A stretch of 64,000 nucleotides of DNA from Candidatus Methanomethylophilaceae archaeon (GCA_050944155.1 JBMNQN010000003.1:32001-96000), one strand, 5' to 3'; positions 52,771-63,054 are shown, numbered from the stretch's first letter. A program made the numbers and translations. Notes: generated by a model not told the origin, from the letters alone.

Positions 52771-55632
52771 TTATAAAACCTTAACCACGGCCTCTTCGAT
52801 TTCGTTAAGTGTCAGCGGTTCGAATTCGACGGTTTTTCCGAGGGATACGTAGTCGATAGTACAGGTAACCGGGCGGGAGTAAAATCCGGAAACGGCATGG
52901 GCGTAAACGCTGAGCTGGAGCTTATAGGCATCCAGATTGTCTTCGGACACGTCTGTTTTGTAATCCCTCACCACTGCACGGTCGGGATAAAGTGCCAGCA
53001 GATCTATTATTCCTCTGAGCGTAACGTTTATTCCATCCAGGGGGAGGATGCACTGGACTTCCGAAAGAACCAAGTCCGCATCCTTTACGGATTCCAGAAT
53101 TTCTCTTATTACGGGTATTTCGGGAAGGTCTTCCTTCGGTTCTATTCCGATTGCCATTGCCTCGGCGATACTGTGTATTTTCGTACCGTATTCCATTCCC
53201 TTTCCGGACAGTTCGTCCGCCCCTTCTTCGGGAGCGTTTCCTTTGAATTCCATTATGTCGTGCACCCCCATATTGATACGTTTGGGAGGATACTCTTCGG
53301 GAACGGGTTTGGAAATCTTCGTCTTCTTATTTTCGGAGGGCGGGACGGTCAGATAACCCAGAGGTTCGGAATATTTCTCTCCCGAAAGATCTTTCATGAA
53401 CTGCGACGGCTGGTCTCCGCATATCATCGTAACGTACTGTTTGGCGCGGGACACTGCCACGAAGAGGGTGCGGCGGTCTTCGCTGTAATCCCTGGCGGCG
53501 GAATTTTTTACAAGGTCCGTTTTCCACGAATATCCGCTTCTGGTGAAGCCGTCTTCGGACCTTACCAGAACTTCTGAAGCCCGTATTCCGTCTCTTTCGT
53601 TGAAATAAAAGGGTGCGTAATCGGATCTGGTGCTGGGTATGATTCTGGAGTCGACTCCGGGTATGATGACTATGGGATATTCCAGCCCCTTCGATTTGTG
53701 CATGGTCTGTATAACCACGGCATCGGAATCCAAATCGACGTCGAGGCGGTATGTGTTTTTTTCCTTTATGTCGGTCTCCATTATCCTTATCAGATCGGAT
53801 ACGGTGAGAAGGGACGACCTGTGTGCCGAAGACAGCGTGGATATTATGGCCTGGGTTTTGTCGTTGTTCAGCCCGTAAACAGCGAAAATCGAAGACAGAA
53901 GGTCTGTGATTCTTCTCTTTTTCCCCATCAGTTCCTTTCTCACGGAAACCAGGAATTCGGGATGTCTGCTGCTGTCGGAATCGATTATTCTTTTGATGTC
54001 TCTGTAAGGATAATCCATGTCGGACAGTATTCCCGTGATTCCCCAGGCATCCCTGTCGTTGTTAACATATCTTAGCCATGCAAGTGCCAGCTTGCCTTCT
54101 CTGGTCGCCATTATTTCCACGTCGCCCTGAAGGTATGCCGATACTCCTCTCTTTTTGGCGGCTTCGTCAACGGCTCTGCACATAGCCCCGGTTTTGCATA
54201 AGACCGCAATGTCTCTGTAGGAAGGACGTACGAATTCCCCTCCTTTCTTTATCAGATAATTTCCGGTAACGTAGTCTATGATTCTCGAAACGGCTTCTTC
54301 GGCTTCGTTTTCCTTTTCGGTTTTCACATACCTTACGTGGGTGTTTCCGTCGAAATCCCCGTTGTGTGCTTTGAGCAGCGTAATCGTACTTTCGTCGAGA
54401 CGGACGTTATCGTCTTTGCTTCCTTTGAGTTTCAGACAGGCGAAAGACGTGTCGATTACTTTCTGGGAGCTGCGGTAATTTATATCCAGGGACAGTCTGT
54501 TTATTTTCGGAATTCTGTAGGGAACCCGTTCTTCGCCGTCTTCGTTGAGAATTCTGCGCATTTTTTCCGCCCGTTTCTCGAAATCGACGATGTTGTCGAT
54601 GGAAACGAATCTGAATCCGTAAATTCCCTGTTTCCAGTCTCCGACGACGCAGAGATTCGGTTCTTTCAGGAGCATGAGCGCAATCATCATCTGGTTCTCG
54701 TTGGTATCCTGAAATTCGTCGATCATAAGGTATCTGCAGGAGAGTCTGTTCCTGGCGGCACGGTCGCTGTAGAGGATGATGAACGCGAACACTGCGTTCA
54801 GTCCGAAGGTCAGACGGTCGTCGGATACCGAGCGTCTGATGTAGGAGTAATAAACATCGTGGATGTAATTCAGAAGTTCGGTTCTGTCGTCTTCAGCGGC
54901 GGAAATCAGAATTTCGTCCGGAAATTCTTCTTCGAATACCGAATATCCTTGGGATATCGGTTTCCCGTCCGAGATTTTTTTGGAAATTTTATCGGAAAGT
55001 TTCTTTCTTTCGCTTTTGTCCGCGTTCATCCTGCGCAGGTCTTCCAAAACCGAAGCGGTATCGCCCAGCAGATCTTTTCCGTCACTTCCGCCGAACCATC
55101 CTCCGCGCACAGGAACGATACCTTTTGACATCAGTCTCGTTATTAGCCTGTATATGTCTTCCGGATGAGTACTGGCACATACTGCGGTATCCCCGTATTC
55201 GGCACCGTTCTCGTCGTTGAAACGGTCGAAAAAGTCGAAGAAATATTCTTTGTTCAGCGTTTCGTTTTCTACGAGAGAAGCGCTCCTGGTGAGGCGTTCT
55301 TTGATTCCGAGAAAACTGCTTACGGTTTCCGGAGATTCTTTGACGACGGAATAGCAGAACGAGTCGAAAGTTCCCGCCTGGATGAGTTTTACCGGTTTTT
55401 CGGTTTCTATTTCGGAGAGTTTGGCTCTGATGCGCTCTTCCATCTCGGATGCGGCGTTTTTGGTGAAGGTTAACAGAAGGATGTCCTTTGTGTCAACGTC
55501 GGGTTTTTTCAGTATGTTTACGAACCTGCTGACTACGGTATGGGTCTTTCCGGTTCCAGGTCCGGCGTCCACGACGTAGAATCCGTCGGTGCCTTCCGCT
55601 ATGGCTTTCTGGGAAGGATTCAGTTCACTCAT
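52771..55632 (-). CDS. UvrD-type helicase with C-terminal PD-(D/E)XK nuclease (AddA-like)
   Basis: AGPGTGKT, DEFQD, GDWKQ, NYRS, TMHKSKGLE, GIIDL..DYKT, QL..Y. Confidence 0.9.
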   Translation of the reverse strand: MSELNPSQKAIAEGTDGFYVVDAGPGTGKTHTVVSRFVNILKKPDVDTKDILLLTFTKNAASEMEERIRAKLSEIETEKPVKLIQAGTFDSFCYSVVKESPETVSSFLGIKERLTRSASLVENETLNKEYFFDFFDRFNDENGAEYGDTAVCASTHPEDIYRLITRLMSKGIVPVRGGWFGGSDGKDLLGDTASVLEDLRRMNADKSERKKLSDKISKKISDGKPISQGYSVFEEEFPDEILISAAEDDRTELLNYIHDVYYSYIRRSVSDDRLTFGLNAVFAFIILYSDRAARNRLSCRYLMIDEFQDTNENQMMIALMLLKEPNLCVVGDWKQGIYGFRFVSIDNIVDFEKRAEKMRRILNEDGEERVPYRIPKINRLSLDINYRSSQKVIDTSFACLKLKGSKDDNVRLDESTITLLKAHNGDFDGNTHVRYVKTEKENEAEEAVSRIIDYVTGNYLIKKGGEFVRPSYRDIAVLCKTGAMCRAVDEAAKKRGVSAYLQGDVEIMATREGKLALAWLRYVNNDRDAWGITGILSDMDYPYRDIKRIIDSDSSRHPEFLVSVRKELMGKKRRITDLLSSIFAVYGLNNDKTQAIISTLSSAHRSSLLTVSDLIRIMETDIKEKNTYRLDVDLDSDAVVIQTMHKSKGLEYPIVIIPGVDSRIIPSTRSDYAPFYFNERDGIRASEVLVRSEDGFTRSGYSWKTDLVKNSAARDYSEDRRTLFVAVSRAKQYVTMICGDQPSQFMKDLSGEKYSEPLGYLTVPPSENKKTKISKPVPEEYPPKRINMGVHDIMEFKGNAPEEGADELSGKGMEYGTKIHSIAEAMAIGIEPKEDLPEIPVIREILESVKDADLVLSEVQCILPLDGINVTLRGIIDLLALYPDRAVVRDYKTDVSEDNLDAYKLQLSVYAHAVSGFYSRPVTCTIDYVSLGKTVEFEPLTLNEIEEAVVKVL

Positions 55633-58297
55633 CGTATTCATCCTCCGACTCGGCGGAAACCGGTGTTTTTGTGCATACGGAAACGTATCCGCAGCGTTTG
55701 CACTCCACTCTCGGGGCGGCGGGGAACCCTTCGACGTTCATCCGTTCTATGGTTTTTCTGTCGGAACGGAGTTTTTCCAGAAAACGTTCCATGGAATCCG
55801 ACGGAATCAGCACCTTGTCTCCGTCGATCCAATAGTCCTTGTCGTAAGCCGCTTTTACTCTTTTGAGCGCTCCTTCGACATCAGGTTTTTTGGACATACC
55901 CAGAGAAGACCTCGTGGCAGCAATCAGGTCTTCGTTTTCGTCCCAATTCCCCTCCGGAAAACCGTATTCGGAAATCGGAGTGACGAAATCTGTCCAGTTT
56001 TCGTATATATCTGTGTATTTTTTGTAGTTTATCGCATCTTTGAGCAGCGAATCCGGGTCCATGAGGAGCTCTTTTTTGGAAAATTCCGTGAGACACACGT
56101 CCACGGTGTTTTCGCGGATTGTCATACTGTTTTTAACGGAACCGTCTTTGCCGAACAGATAGAAAAGACGGAAGCACGGATTTTTCGTTCCCGACGATTT
56201 CAAAAGTGCCAGATACATCTGTGGCTGGGTTACGGCCGGATTTCCGGGAGTAAGCAGCATATTTTTCACCAGTTCGTCCTGTTTCACGAATTTTCCCGTT
56301 TTGTAATCTATCGCCGCCGTGCCGTCCAGGAAATCGATTTTTCCGTAAATCCCGTTTTCGTAATCCGAAATTTCTCTTTCGGCCAGGTCGCTGCAGTCCT
56401 CCAGTCCTTCCGACGCCATCAATTCGTTGGGATGTTCTCTGGAAGAATTTTTCATGTTCAGGGGTATTTTTCCCAACCCGAGGGAATCTATGAACTGCGT
56501 CATATTCGTCAGCCCGATTCTGATGTGGTCCGTGTCGGTTTCTTCTCTGATCGGCGACGAAAGACCTGCGAAATCCTTTCCGATGATTTCGACGTAATGT
56601 TCCAGGCCCTGAGAACGTACATGCTCCGGATAACAGATGTAAAGTTCGGCGAACGCGTGAAGAAGATTTCCGAACATCGAGGTTTCGCTGTCCGGAGATG
56701 TGACGAGATTTCTGTAGTAATATCTGCGGGGACAGTTGAGGAATTCTTCGTAGGCGCTTTTAGACAGCTTCGGTACGGTTTCGGCCCCCTGATCCAGTTT
56801 TATTTCGCTTTCTTCGGTCTCCTCTTCTTTTTCTTCGTACCACGAACCCTTTACGACCGGAGCTATGTCGGAGAAAGAGGAAGCAGCTTTTTTCAGCCCC
56901 TCGCTTTCGTATATTCCTCCGAAAAGCGCTGCGGGACGGGCGGGTTTGCCGTCTTTTATGGAATTCACGGCGTATATTCTGGAATGGCCCTGCTGCAGAA
57001 GCACCTTGAACTTAAGCGCATCCTTTTCGGCTTCGGCTTCCCTGTCTATGTACTGTCTTCCGATGATTCTGTTTTCCCATTCGGCTCCAATTCCCAGCAG
57101 AATTACGAAGGGACGGTCCACGAAAACCGATTTGTGGCAGTCGGCCAGAAGCACTCCCTTTTTCTCGCTGTCGGGAATCTGTTCGTTGTGATGCAGGTCC
57201 GATATGTTGTTTACCGCGTAATTTATCTCGGAGACCAGCTGTCCGGTGACTTTACGGTCGGTGAATTTCATTTCTTCCAAGAGTATTTTCACCTGAGGCC
57301 TGTGCTTTTTCGATACTACGGTTTCGCACACTTCGCCGAAAGTCATGCTTCGGATGTTTTTCATACACTCCGCAAGCTCGGAAGCCCTTTCTCCCATTTC
57401 CGTGACTTTCGAAAGCAGAACGTTGTCGAATTTTACCCATATGTTTCCGCCGTAGGACGAAAACAGTTCTCTCGCGTGTCTTACCCTCAGTGTTCCGTAG
57501 GACATAGAAAGATTCAGAAATTTCAGGAAATCTCTTATTTGAGACAGGTCGCGGACGGTCATTGTGTTCTTGAACGGTATTCCGCGTCTGTAAAGTGCGG
57601 AGCGGACGGCATCCGCGATTTTGCTTTCCGTATCCATCACGATTGCGGTATCCGTTGTTCGTTCGGTATCTATCAGTTCCGCAATGTTTTCCGCAATTTG
57701 TCGGTCGTTTCCTATCTCGTAAATGACGGGAATTTCGTATTCTTCGCCGTAAACGAAAATTTCTATTTCCGTGTGCTGCATAGGAATGAAGTGCTTGTCC
57801 AAATCGTCGAAAAATTCTATTCCGATTACTGCGGTCTTCTTCCCGAGGAATATGTTGTCCCTGAGAACGGGACCCGTACCTCCGTTTTCGTGATATGTTT
57901 CCGGGACGAAAAGGTCCATGACCTTTTCCAAGGTCGGAAGGTGTTTGTAACTGCCGTATATTCTTCTCGAAGATTCGGAATAAAGGTATTTTTCCACATC
58001 CTTCGTGTATCTTCTGATGTTCCGGATGTTTTCTATTTCGTCGTGGACGGATTTGAATTCCAGGCCGGTTTCGTCGGAAACGGCGGCGACGATTTCCAGA
58101 TCGCTCATCACCGGTTTTCCCAGTACCTGAACGGAAAGCATGGACGCCAGGTGCCGGGGGGTGTATGCGAAACCTCCGACGAGAGGACGGTCGATACGGC
58201 CGTTGAGTGCCGTGGCCAAAGGAGCGTCGTTGGTAATCACCACATCGAAATTCCTGACCTCTTCGTAAATTTCGTCTATGCTTTTCACTCTGTGCAT
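55625..58297 (-). CDS. AddB-like protein: degenerate helicase body with PD-(D/E)XK nuclease and Fe-S staple cysteines
   Basis: CPRRYYY, GKIDF..IDYKTG, Q..MY, C-terminal CKRCGYVSVC; overlaps the AddA-like start. Confidence 0.8.
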   Translation of the reverse strand: MHRVKSIDEIYEEVRNFDVVITNDAPLATALNGRIDRPLVGGFAYTPRHLASMLSVQVLGKPVMSDLEIVAAVSDETGLEFKSVHDEIENIRNIRRYTKDVEKYLYSESSRRIYGSYKHLPTLEKVMDLFVPETYHENGGTGPVLRDNIFLGKKTAVIGIEFFDDLDKHFIPMQHTEIEIFVYGEEYEIPVIYEIGNDRQIAENIAELIDTERTTDTAIVMDTESKIADAVRSALYRRGIPFKNTMTVRDLSQIRDFLKFLNLSMSYGTLRVRHARELFSSYGGNIWVKFDNVLLSKVTEMGERASELAECMKNIRSMTFGEVCETVVSKKHRPQVKILLEEMKFTDRKVTGQLVSEINYAVNNISDLHHNEQIPDSEKKGVLLADCHKSVFVDRPFVILLGIGAEWENRIIGRQYIDREAEAEKDALKFKVLLQQGHSRIYAVNSIKDGKPARPAALFGGIYESEGLKKAASSFSDIAPVVKGSWYEEKEEETEESEIKLDQGAETVPKLSKSAYEEFLNCPRRYYYRNLVTSPDSETSMFGNLLHAFAELYICYPEHVRSQGLEHYVEIIGKDFAGLSSPIREETDTDHIRIGLTNMTQFIDSLGLGKIPLNMKNSSREHPNELMASEGLEDCSDLAEREISDYENGIYGKIDFLDGTAAIDYKTGKFVKQDELVKNMLLTPGNPAVTQPQMYLALLKSSGTKNPCFRLFYLFGKDGSVKNSMTIRENTVDVCLTEFSKKELLMDPDSLLKDAINYKKYTDIYENWTDFVTPISEYGFPEGNWDENEDLIAATRSSLGMSKKPDVEGALKRVKAAYDKDYWIDGDKVLIPSDSMERFLEKLRSDRKTIERMNVEGFPAAPRVECKRCGYVSVCTKTPVSAESEDEYDE

Positions 58298-58387
58298 CAA
58301 ACCCTAATCGGGGTCCGCGATTTATTTGTGTTCCGCGTTCTTCCGCGATACAACGGAATTAATAGTCGGACGGCGGTCGGAGAAACC

Positions 58388-58939
58388 GTGGCCGAGTTAT
58401 TCGTCATAGAGCTGAACGGAACCGGACCGGAGGGCTATCCTTCGGATTCGGTAGCCGAAATAGCGATATGCAGAATTCTTCCGGATTACGGGGATTTCGA
58501 TACAGTATATCAGCAGACCGTTTACCACGACCCTCTGGATCTGGGAAAGCAGTCGCTGGAATGGATTTACGAAAAATCCGGAATGTCCGCCGAAGAGTTC
58601 TACTACGGCAAAGAAATCTCCGAAGTCGCATCCGAAGTCAGGGAAATAATAAGAGGAAACGAAGCGGTCTGTTTCGACGTGCGGGAGGTGTTCGGAAAAT
58701 ACCTTCTTTACGAACCCTGGGACTTCACTTTCGATGTTACGCTTCTTCCGTCGGTTTCTTTCAGAATCCCCTCTTCGGAATTTTCCGACGGTACGGATAT
58801 TAACGACCGTATCTCCTCCGTTTACCGCAGAATGTATCCGAACGACCCGGCGGGCATCGGAAACGGAAGAAGAGCCATGCATCTGGCACAGATGACTTCC
58901 ATGATACTCGCCGGTCTTCACCGCACCGGTCTATTTTAA
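58388..58939 (+). CDS. Degenerate DEDDh exonuclease paralogue
   Basis: Aligns by eye to 49559-50167 (GKYLLYEPW vs GKFLYLEPW, DPAGI) but lacks the catalytic residues. Confidence 0.72.
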   Translation: MAELFVIELNGTGPEGYPSDSVAEIAICRILPDYGDFDTVYQQTVYHDPLDLGKQSLEWIYEKSGMSAEEFYYGKEISEVASEVREIIRGNEAVCFDVREVFGKYLLYEPWDFTFDVTLLPSVSFRIPSSEFSDGTDINDRISSVYRRMYPNDPAGIGNGRRAMHLAQMTSMILAGLHRTGLF

Positions 58940-59364
58940 AACCTGAACATTTTGAAAATGGAGCCGAATTTTGTCTCGGCGATCTGTGCGAAAAATGCCG
59001 ATATGTACACGATTGCCATTATGAATGCCATCACGGTGGACAGGACTTTCGCGATTATCTCTCCTCTGGCCCAAAGCATGATGAAAGTAATCAGCATAAC
59101 ATATACGACCAATCCGAAAATCAGGTATGCCCAACCTTTCCGGTCTTTGTAATCTTCGTATATGAGTCCCAGACCCAGCAGTCCGAACGGGGCGGGCAGA
59201 ACCGCAAGAAGAATGGAAACCAGTTTACTTTTGACGACGGTTTTTCTGACCGGTTTTTCTTTTATCGGTTTCTCTTCCCTTCTCGGAATGGAAGCATAAC
59301 ATCTGGGACATGTCAGACTGTTCGAAGGAACGGGTTCTCCACAGGAGGGACACTTATTGGTCAC
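58936..59364 (-). CDS. Zinc-ribbon membrane protein
   Basis: CPSCG...CPRC followed by 3 hydrophobic segments; GGAGG RBS. Confidence 0.78.
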   Translation of the reverse strand: MTNKCPSCGEPVPSNSLTCPRCYASIPRREEKPIKEKPVRKTVVKSKLVSILLAVLPAPFGLLGLGLIYEDYKDRKGWAYLIFGLVVYVMLITFIMLWARGEIIAKVLSTVMAFIMAIVYISAFFAQIAETKFGSIFKMFRF

Positions 59365-59611
59365 GGCATGCCTCCGGATACGGGTTTCCGCGTGGCAGCG
59401 CCGGTCTGAATTCCATGGTACGTGATAATTCGCACCCTATTTAATCGGAACGACAGAAACCTGTTTTCCGACGGAGGGTATTCCGAAAGACGAAGAAAGA
59501 TGCGGGTATCGAAGAGCGGATTCGAGACGAAATGAAACCGTCTCCCGGGGTTTCTCCCTATCCGTATTTTTATTCCGGGCAATAATTTAGTTATAGCTTC
59601 CTGCCGTTCAG

Positions 59612-60961
59612 ATGTTCATGGCGGAGAGACTCACGGTTACGCAGCTCAATACGAGAGTCCGCTCCCTTCTGACGGAATCCGGAGCCCTGAGAGACATCTG
59701 GGTCACCGGAGAAATTTCCAACCTCAAACGCTATTCCAGCGGTCATTATTACTTTACTCTCAAGGACGAAGGAAGCGAAGTCCGCGCGGTCATGTTCAAA
59801 GGTTCCAGAGGCAGAATAGATTTCGAACCCCAGGAAAACATGAAGATTGCCGCCTTCGGACACGCAGATCTTTACGTTCAGAGAGGAAGCTATCAGTTTA
59901 TTGCGGAAACGATGCAGAAGTCCGGAATCGGAGATCTGTATCTGGAATTCGAAAAACTGAGAAAAAAACTGGAAGCCGAAGGACTATTCGAGCAGTCCAG
60001 AAAAAGGAAGCTTCCCGAATACCCCAAAGTTATAGGCGTCGTAACCTCCGAAAGCGGGGCGGTTATTCACGATATCGTGGTAACGTCCGCAAAACGGTTC
60101 CCCGCGGACATTCTCCTGGCTCCCGCCAAAGTTCAGGGGGACGGTGCCGCCGAATCCATAGTGCGCGGAATCGAAATTCTAAACAGAGCGGGAGCGGACG
60201 TACTCATAGTGGGGAGAGGCGGAGGCTCCATAGAGGACTTATGGGCTTTCAACGAGGAGAAAGTCGCGCGTGCGATTGCGGGTTCCGGCGTGCCCGTCAT
60301 TTCCGCCGTGGGACACGAATCTGATTTTACGATTGCGGACATGGTTGCGGACGTGCGTGCTCCCACTCCCACGGGTGCGGCGGAGATTGCGCTGAGAGAC
60401 ATGAACGACGTCAGAAAACAGATCGAAAGTCTGGGAATAAGAATGAACAGAAGGCTGGAATTTTCCGTTTCGGAGATGAAAGGGAGACTTGCCCCTCTCG
60501 CATCCGCCGTGGAACCGAAGAGACAGCTGGAACGTCTGGCTATGAAGGAGATGCAGGTCGATTCCCTGTTCGATTCCGCGGAAAGACTTCTTACGTCCGT
60601 GACGGAGAATATGCGCCGCAGATTCGCGTACGCCGATTCGGGAATTTCCGCGGACAAAATACTGAGGCGCATAGAGTTGCTGAAAATGCGTCATGCGTCG
60701 TTATCCGAACGTCTTGCCGCCGCGATAAAAAACGTTATGAATACCGCGTCGGCGGCATGGGACTCTCTTTTCCAGAAATCCGAAGCGCTGAGTCCCTACG
60801 GAGTTCTGGAGAGGGGCTACAGCTACGTGACGGACACAGACGGACACACCGTTTCATCCGTTTCGTCGTTGAGCGAGGGTTCCGGCATAAATCTCGTATT
60901 CCGCGACGGACGCGCCGATGCCGTCGTAAAAAAGGTGATGAAGAATGGACAGAGAAATTGA
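59612..60961 (+). CDS. xseA: Exodeoxyribonuclease VII large subunit
   Basis: WVTGEISN, SGHYYFTLKD, RGGGSIEDLWAFN, AVGHE.D, TPTGAAE, LERGYS. Confidence 0.95.
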   Translation: MFMAERLTVTQLNTRVRSLLTESGALRDIWVTGEISNLKRYSSGHYYFTLKDEGSEVRAVMFKGSRGRIDFEPQENMKIAAFGHADLYVQRGSYQFIAETMQKSGIGDLYLEFEKLRKKLEAEGLFEQSRKRKLPEYPKVIGVVTSESGAVIHDIVVTSAKRFPADILLAPAKVQGDGAAESIVRGIEILNRAGADVLIVGRGGGSIEDLWAFNEEKVARAIAGSGVPVISAVGHESDFTIADMVADVRAPTPTGAAEIALRDMNDVRKQIESLGIRMNRRLEFSVSEMKGRLAPLASAVEPKRQLERLAMKEMQVDSLFDSAERLLTSVTENMRRRFAYADSGISADKILRRIELLKMRHASLSERLAAAIKNVMNTASAAWDSLFQKSEALSPYGVLERGYSYVTDTDGHTVSSVSSLSEGSGINLVFRDGRADAVVKKVMKNGQRN

Positions 60962-61178
60962 AGAAATGGGTTTCGAAGAATGCATCAAAGAACTCGAAGA
61001 AATAGTCAGGGAACTCGAATCCGGAGAACTGGATCTGGATAAAAGCATCGGTAAGTACGAACGGGCAGTGGTTCTCAGGGACAGGTGCAAAAAGATACTC
61101 GAGGAAAGCGAGCGCAGGGTGAGAAAAATCACCGAAACTCCCGAAGGAACCGAAATTTCAGACTTTTCTGCCGATTGA
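60945..61178 (+). CDS. xseB: Exodeoxyribonuclease VII small subunit
   Basis: FEE....LEEIV.ELESGEL.L..SI..YE pattern; overlaps xseA. Confidence 0.92.
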   Translation: MDREIEEMGFEECIKELEEIVRELESGELDLDKSIGKYERAVVLRDRCKKILEESERRVRKITETPEGTEISDFSAD

Positions 61179-62024
61179 CCACAGCCTGAAGCCCTCTTTC
61201 TCGGCCCAGTCCGAGGTGTTCCTGAAGAGATTCGTATCAGCAAAAGCATCGCAGTCGAAAGCAAGTCTCAGCGAACCGGAAAGTTCCCCCTCGCGGAGAT
61301 TCTTGCTGTTGAACGAACCGAATATGTTTTTCAGTGCTATGAGCAGAACTTCCACGGCATCGTGCCCTCTCGCGATTTCGATCGGATCTCCCGCGTAAGC
61401 AATTTCGTTTTTCAGATACTTCATTATTTCCGATTTTCCCGCCCGGCAGTGGGCCGTATCGCATATGACTTCGTCCACGAGAGCCCTCACGTCGATTTCC
61501 AGAGTTCTGTGGTTCACGAAACGGTCGAAATCAAGTTCCCTGAAGGAAAGGTTGAGTCCGTATTTGTGGGAAACGTACATCAGAAGACCGACGGGATAAC
61601 TTGCGGAAACCACGGCGTCCAGAACCGGTCCGTATTCGGATTCGAAAGCAGCCAGGGAATCGGTGTCCGAATATTCCGCAAGAACATAATCCAGTGCGGG
61701 GCTGGAAATGAGCATCATCTCCAGGTCTCGTTTGTCCGTCTGAAATACGGGAGGCGTTCTTACTTTCCCGATAAGTCTGTCCAAATCGGCATCGACTATT
61801 CCCACAATCCGTCTGCATCCGCGGTTTTTCCAGCATTCGTCCACCGCCCTTCGGACGTTGTCCTTCGAATGCCCCACTATCATTCTCACTCTGTCTCTGT
61901 CGCAGAATTTGCCGTAAAGCCTGCTGTCCGTGATGCCTTCGACAACGAGTACAGTGTCGTCCGTTGCCGAAACGAGCATGGATATCTCGTTCGCAATATC
62001 GGACGAAGTGAGTTTATCTCTCAT
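61158..62024 (-). CDS. DUF4435/TOPRIM-fold protein (AriB-like)
   Basis: VVEGITD, IVDADLD, RDLEM, RGHD. Confidence 0.78.
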   Translation of the reverse strand: MRDKLTSSDIANEISMLVSATDDTVLVVEGITDSRLYGKFCDRDRVRMIVGHSKDNVRRAVDECWKNRGCRRIVGIVDADLDRLIGKVRTPPVFQTDKRDLEMMLISSPALDYVLAEYSDTDSLAAFESEYGPVLDAVVSASYPVGLLMYVSHKYGLNLSFRELDFDRFVNHRTLEIDVRALVDEVICDTAHCRAGKSEIMKYLKNEIAYAGDPIEIARGHDAVEVLLIALKNIFGSFNSKNLREGELSGSLRLAFDCDAFADTNLFRNTSDWAEKEGFRLWSIGRKV

Positions 62025-63054
62025 AATTAGGCTTCAGCTCCCTTGCCATATCCCATTTGTCGTGAATTATCTGCGGAGAGTGAGTGGCAATGAGAATCTG
62101 AAGGTCCCTCAGTTTGGCCACGTCCGCGAGAATGGAACCGAGTCTCTGCTGCCATTCGACATGAAGAGAAATCTCCGGTTCGTCCAGAATGACCAGCGCG
62201 CCGGGGTCGGTCTGGAACAGCATGCGGTAGAACAGGACGAAAATCTGTTTCTCTCCGGAAGAAAGAAACATCAGAGGCAGATCTTTGCCACTGTCCAGTC
62301 TTACGTTCAGGTTGTCTTTCTCGCTGAGTTCTATGGTTTTTCTGATGTAGAGGCTGTTGATTATGTCTTTGAAAACAACCACGGATTCCGCCAGGAGATA
62401 GTACTTTTTTATGTACTCTTCCAGGGCGGGAACGAGTCTTTCGTAACGTTCTTTTTTGTTTCCCAGGTCGTGGCGTTCGGGAGGGAAACGGAGTCCCGGC
62501 GGCATATCGGGAGCTATGCCCGCGCCGCTCATGAAATCAAGTTTCGCTTTCAGGTCTCTGCATTTATCGATTAGTTCCCCGTCGGTGTACGTTTCCGTAA
62601 CGCTGTCGGGAAGGGTCAGTTCCGAGTTTTCTTTGGCGAATCTTATGCGGTCCCTCAGTTCCGCGGAATAGACGGATATGGCGGGAACGGTGCGCCCGTC
62701 GTTCTTTCTCACTATCTGCCTTTCCGGCGGAATGTACGTTACGGGCATCAGACTGCGGGTTTCCTCCGCGCTGATGTACTGTTCGATTTCGTTTTTCTGA
62801 ATCTGTACGCTGAATTCCGAATAATTTTCGATTATCAGCGCCGTGTCGTTGCTGAAGCAGATATCCATCCTCTCGAAGGGCATTGCCGCAAGAGTTTCGA
62901 ATTCCCCCCTGAAAGCCGCGGCTAACGCTCTGGTAACCGTGGATTTGCCGAATCCGTTCTGCGAATAGATGAAGGTGAGCGGCCCCTGGTTCAGACTGAG
63001 ACCGCAGTCGCACTCGCCGAAAAGTCCGTAAACGGTTATGGTCCTGATTTTCAT
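62014..63054 (-). CDS. AAA_15/AAA_21-type ABC ATPase (AriA-like)
   Basis: GLFG, SQNGFGKST, LSSGEKQ, ILDEPEISLHVEWQ, ATHSP. Confidence 0.85.
   Translation of the reverse strand: MKIRTITVYGLFGECDCGLSLNQGPLTFIYSQNGFGKSTVTRALAAAFRGEFETLAAMPFERMDICFSNDTALIIENYSEFSVQIQKNEIEQYISAEETRSLMPVTYIPPERQIVRKNDGRTVPAISVYSAELRDRIRFAKENSELTLPDSVTETYTDGELIDKCRDLKAKLDFMSGAGIAPDMPPGLRFPPERHDLGNKKERYERLVPALEEYIKKYYLLAESVVVFKDIINSLYIRKTIELSEKDNLNVRLDSGKDLPLMFLSSGEKQIFVLFYRMLFQTDPGALVILDEPEISLHVEWQQRLGSILADVAKLRDLQILIATHSPQIIHDKWDMARELKPNYER

Noticed and set aside
55589-58387. 1116-aa plus-strand ORF
   Set aside because: Its first ~930 codons are the antisense shadow of the AddB-like gene; only 58388-58939 looks like a real protein.
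59361-59582. 73-aa ORF overlapping the zinc-ribbon gene start
   Set aside because: Composition not protein-like, no RBS or motif, and it spans a likely divergent promoter region.
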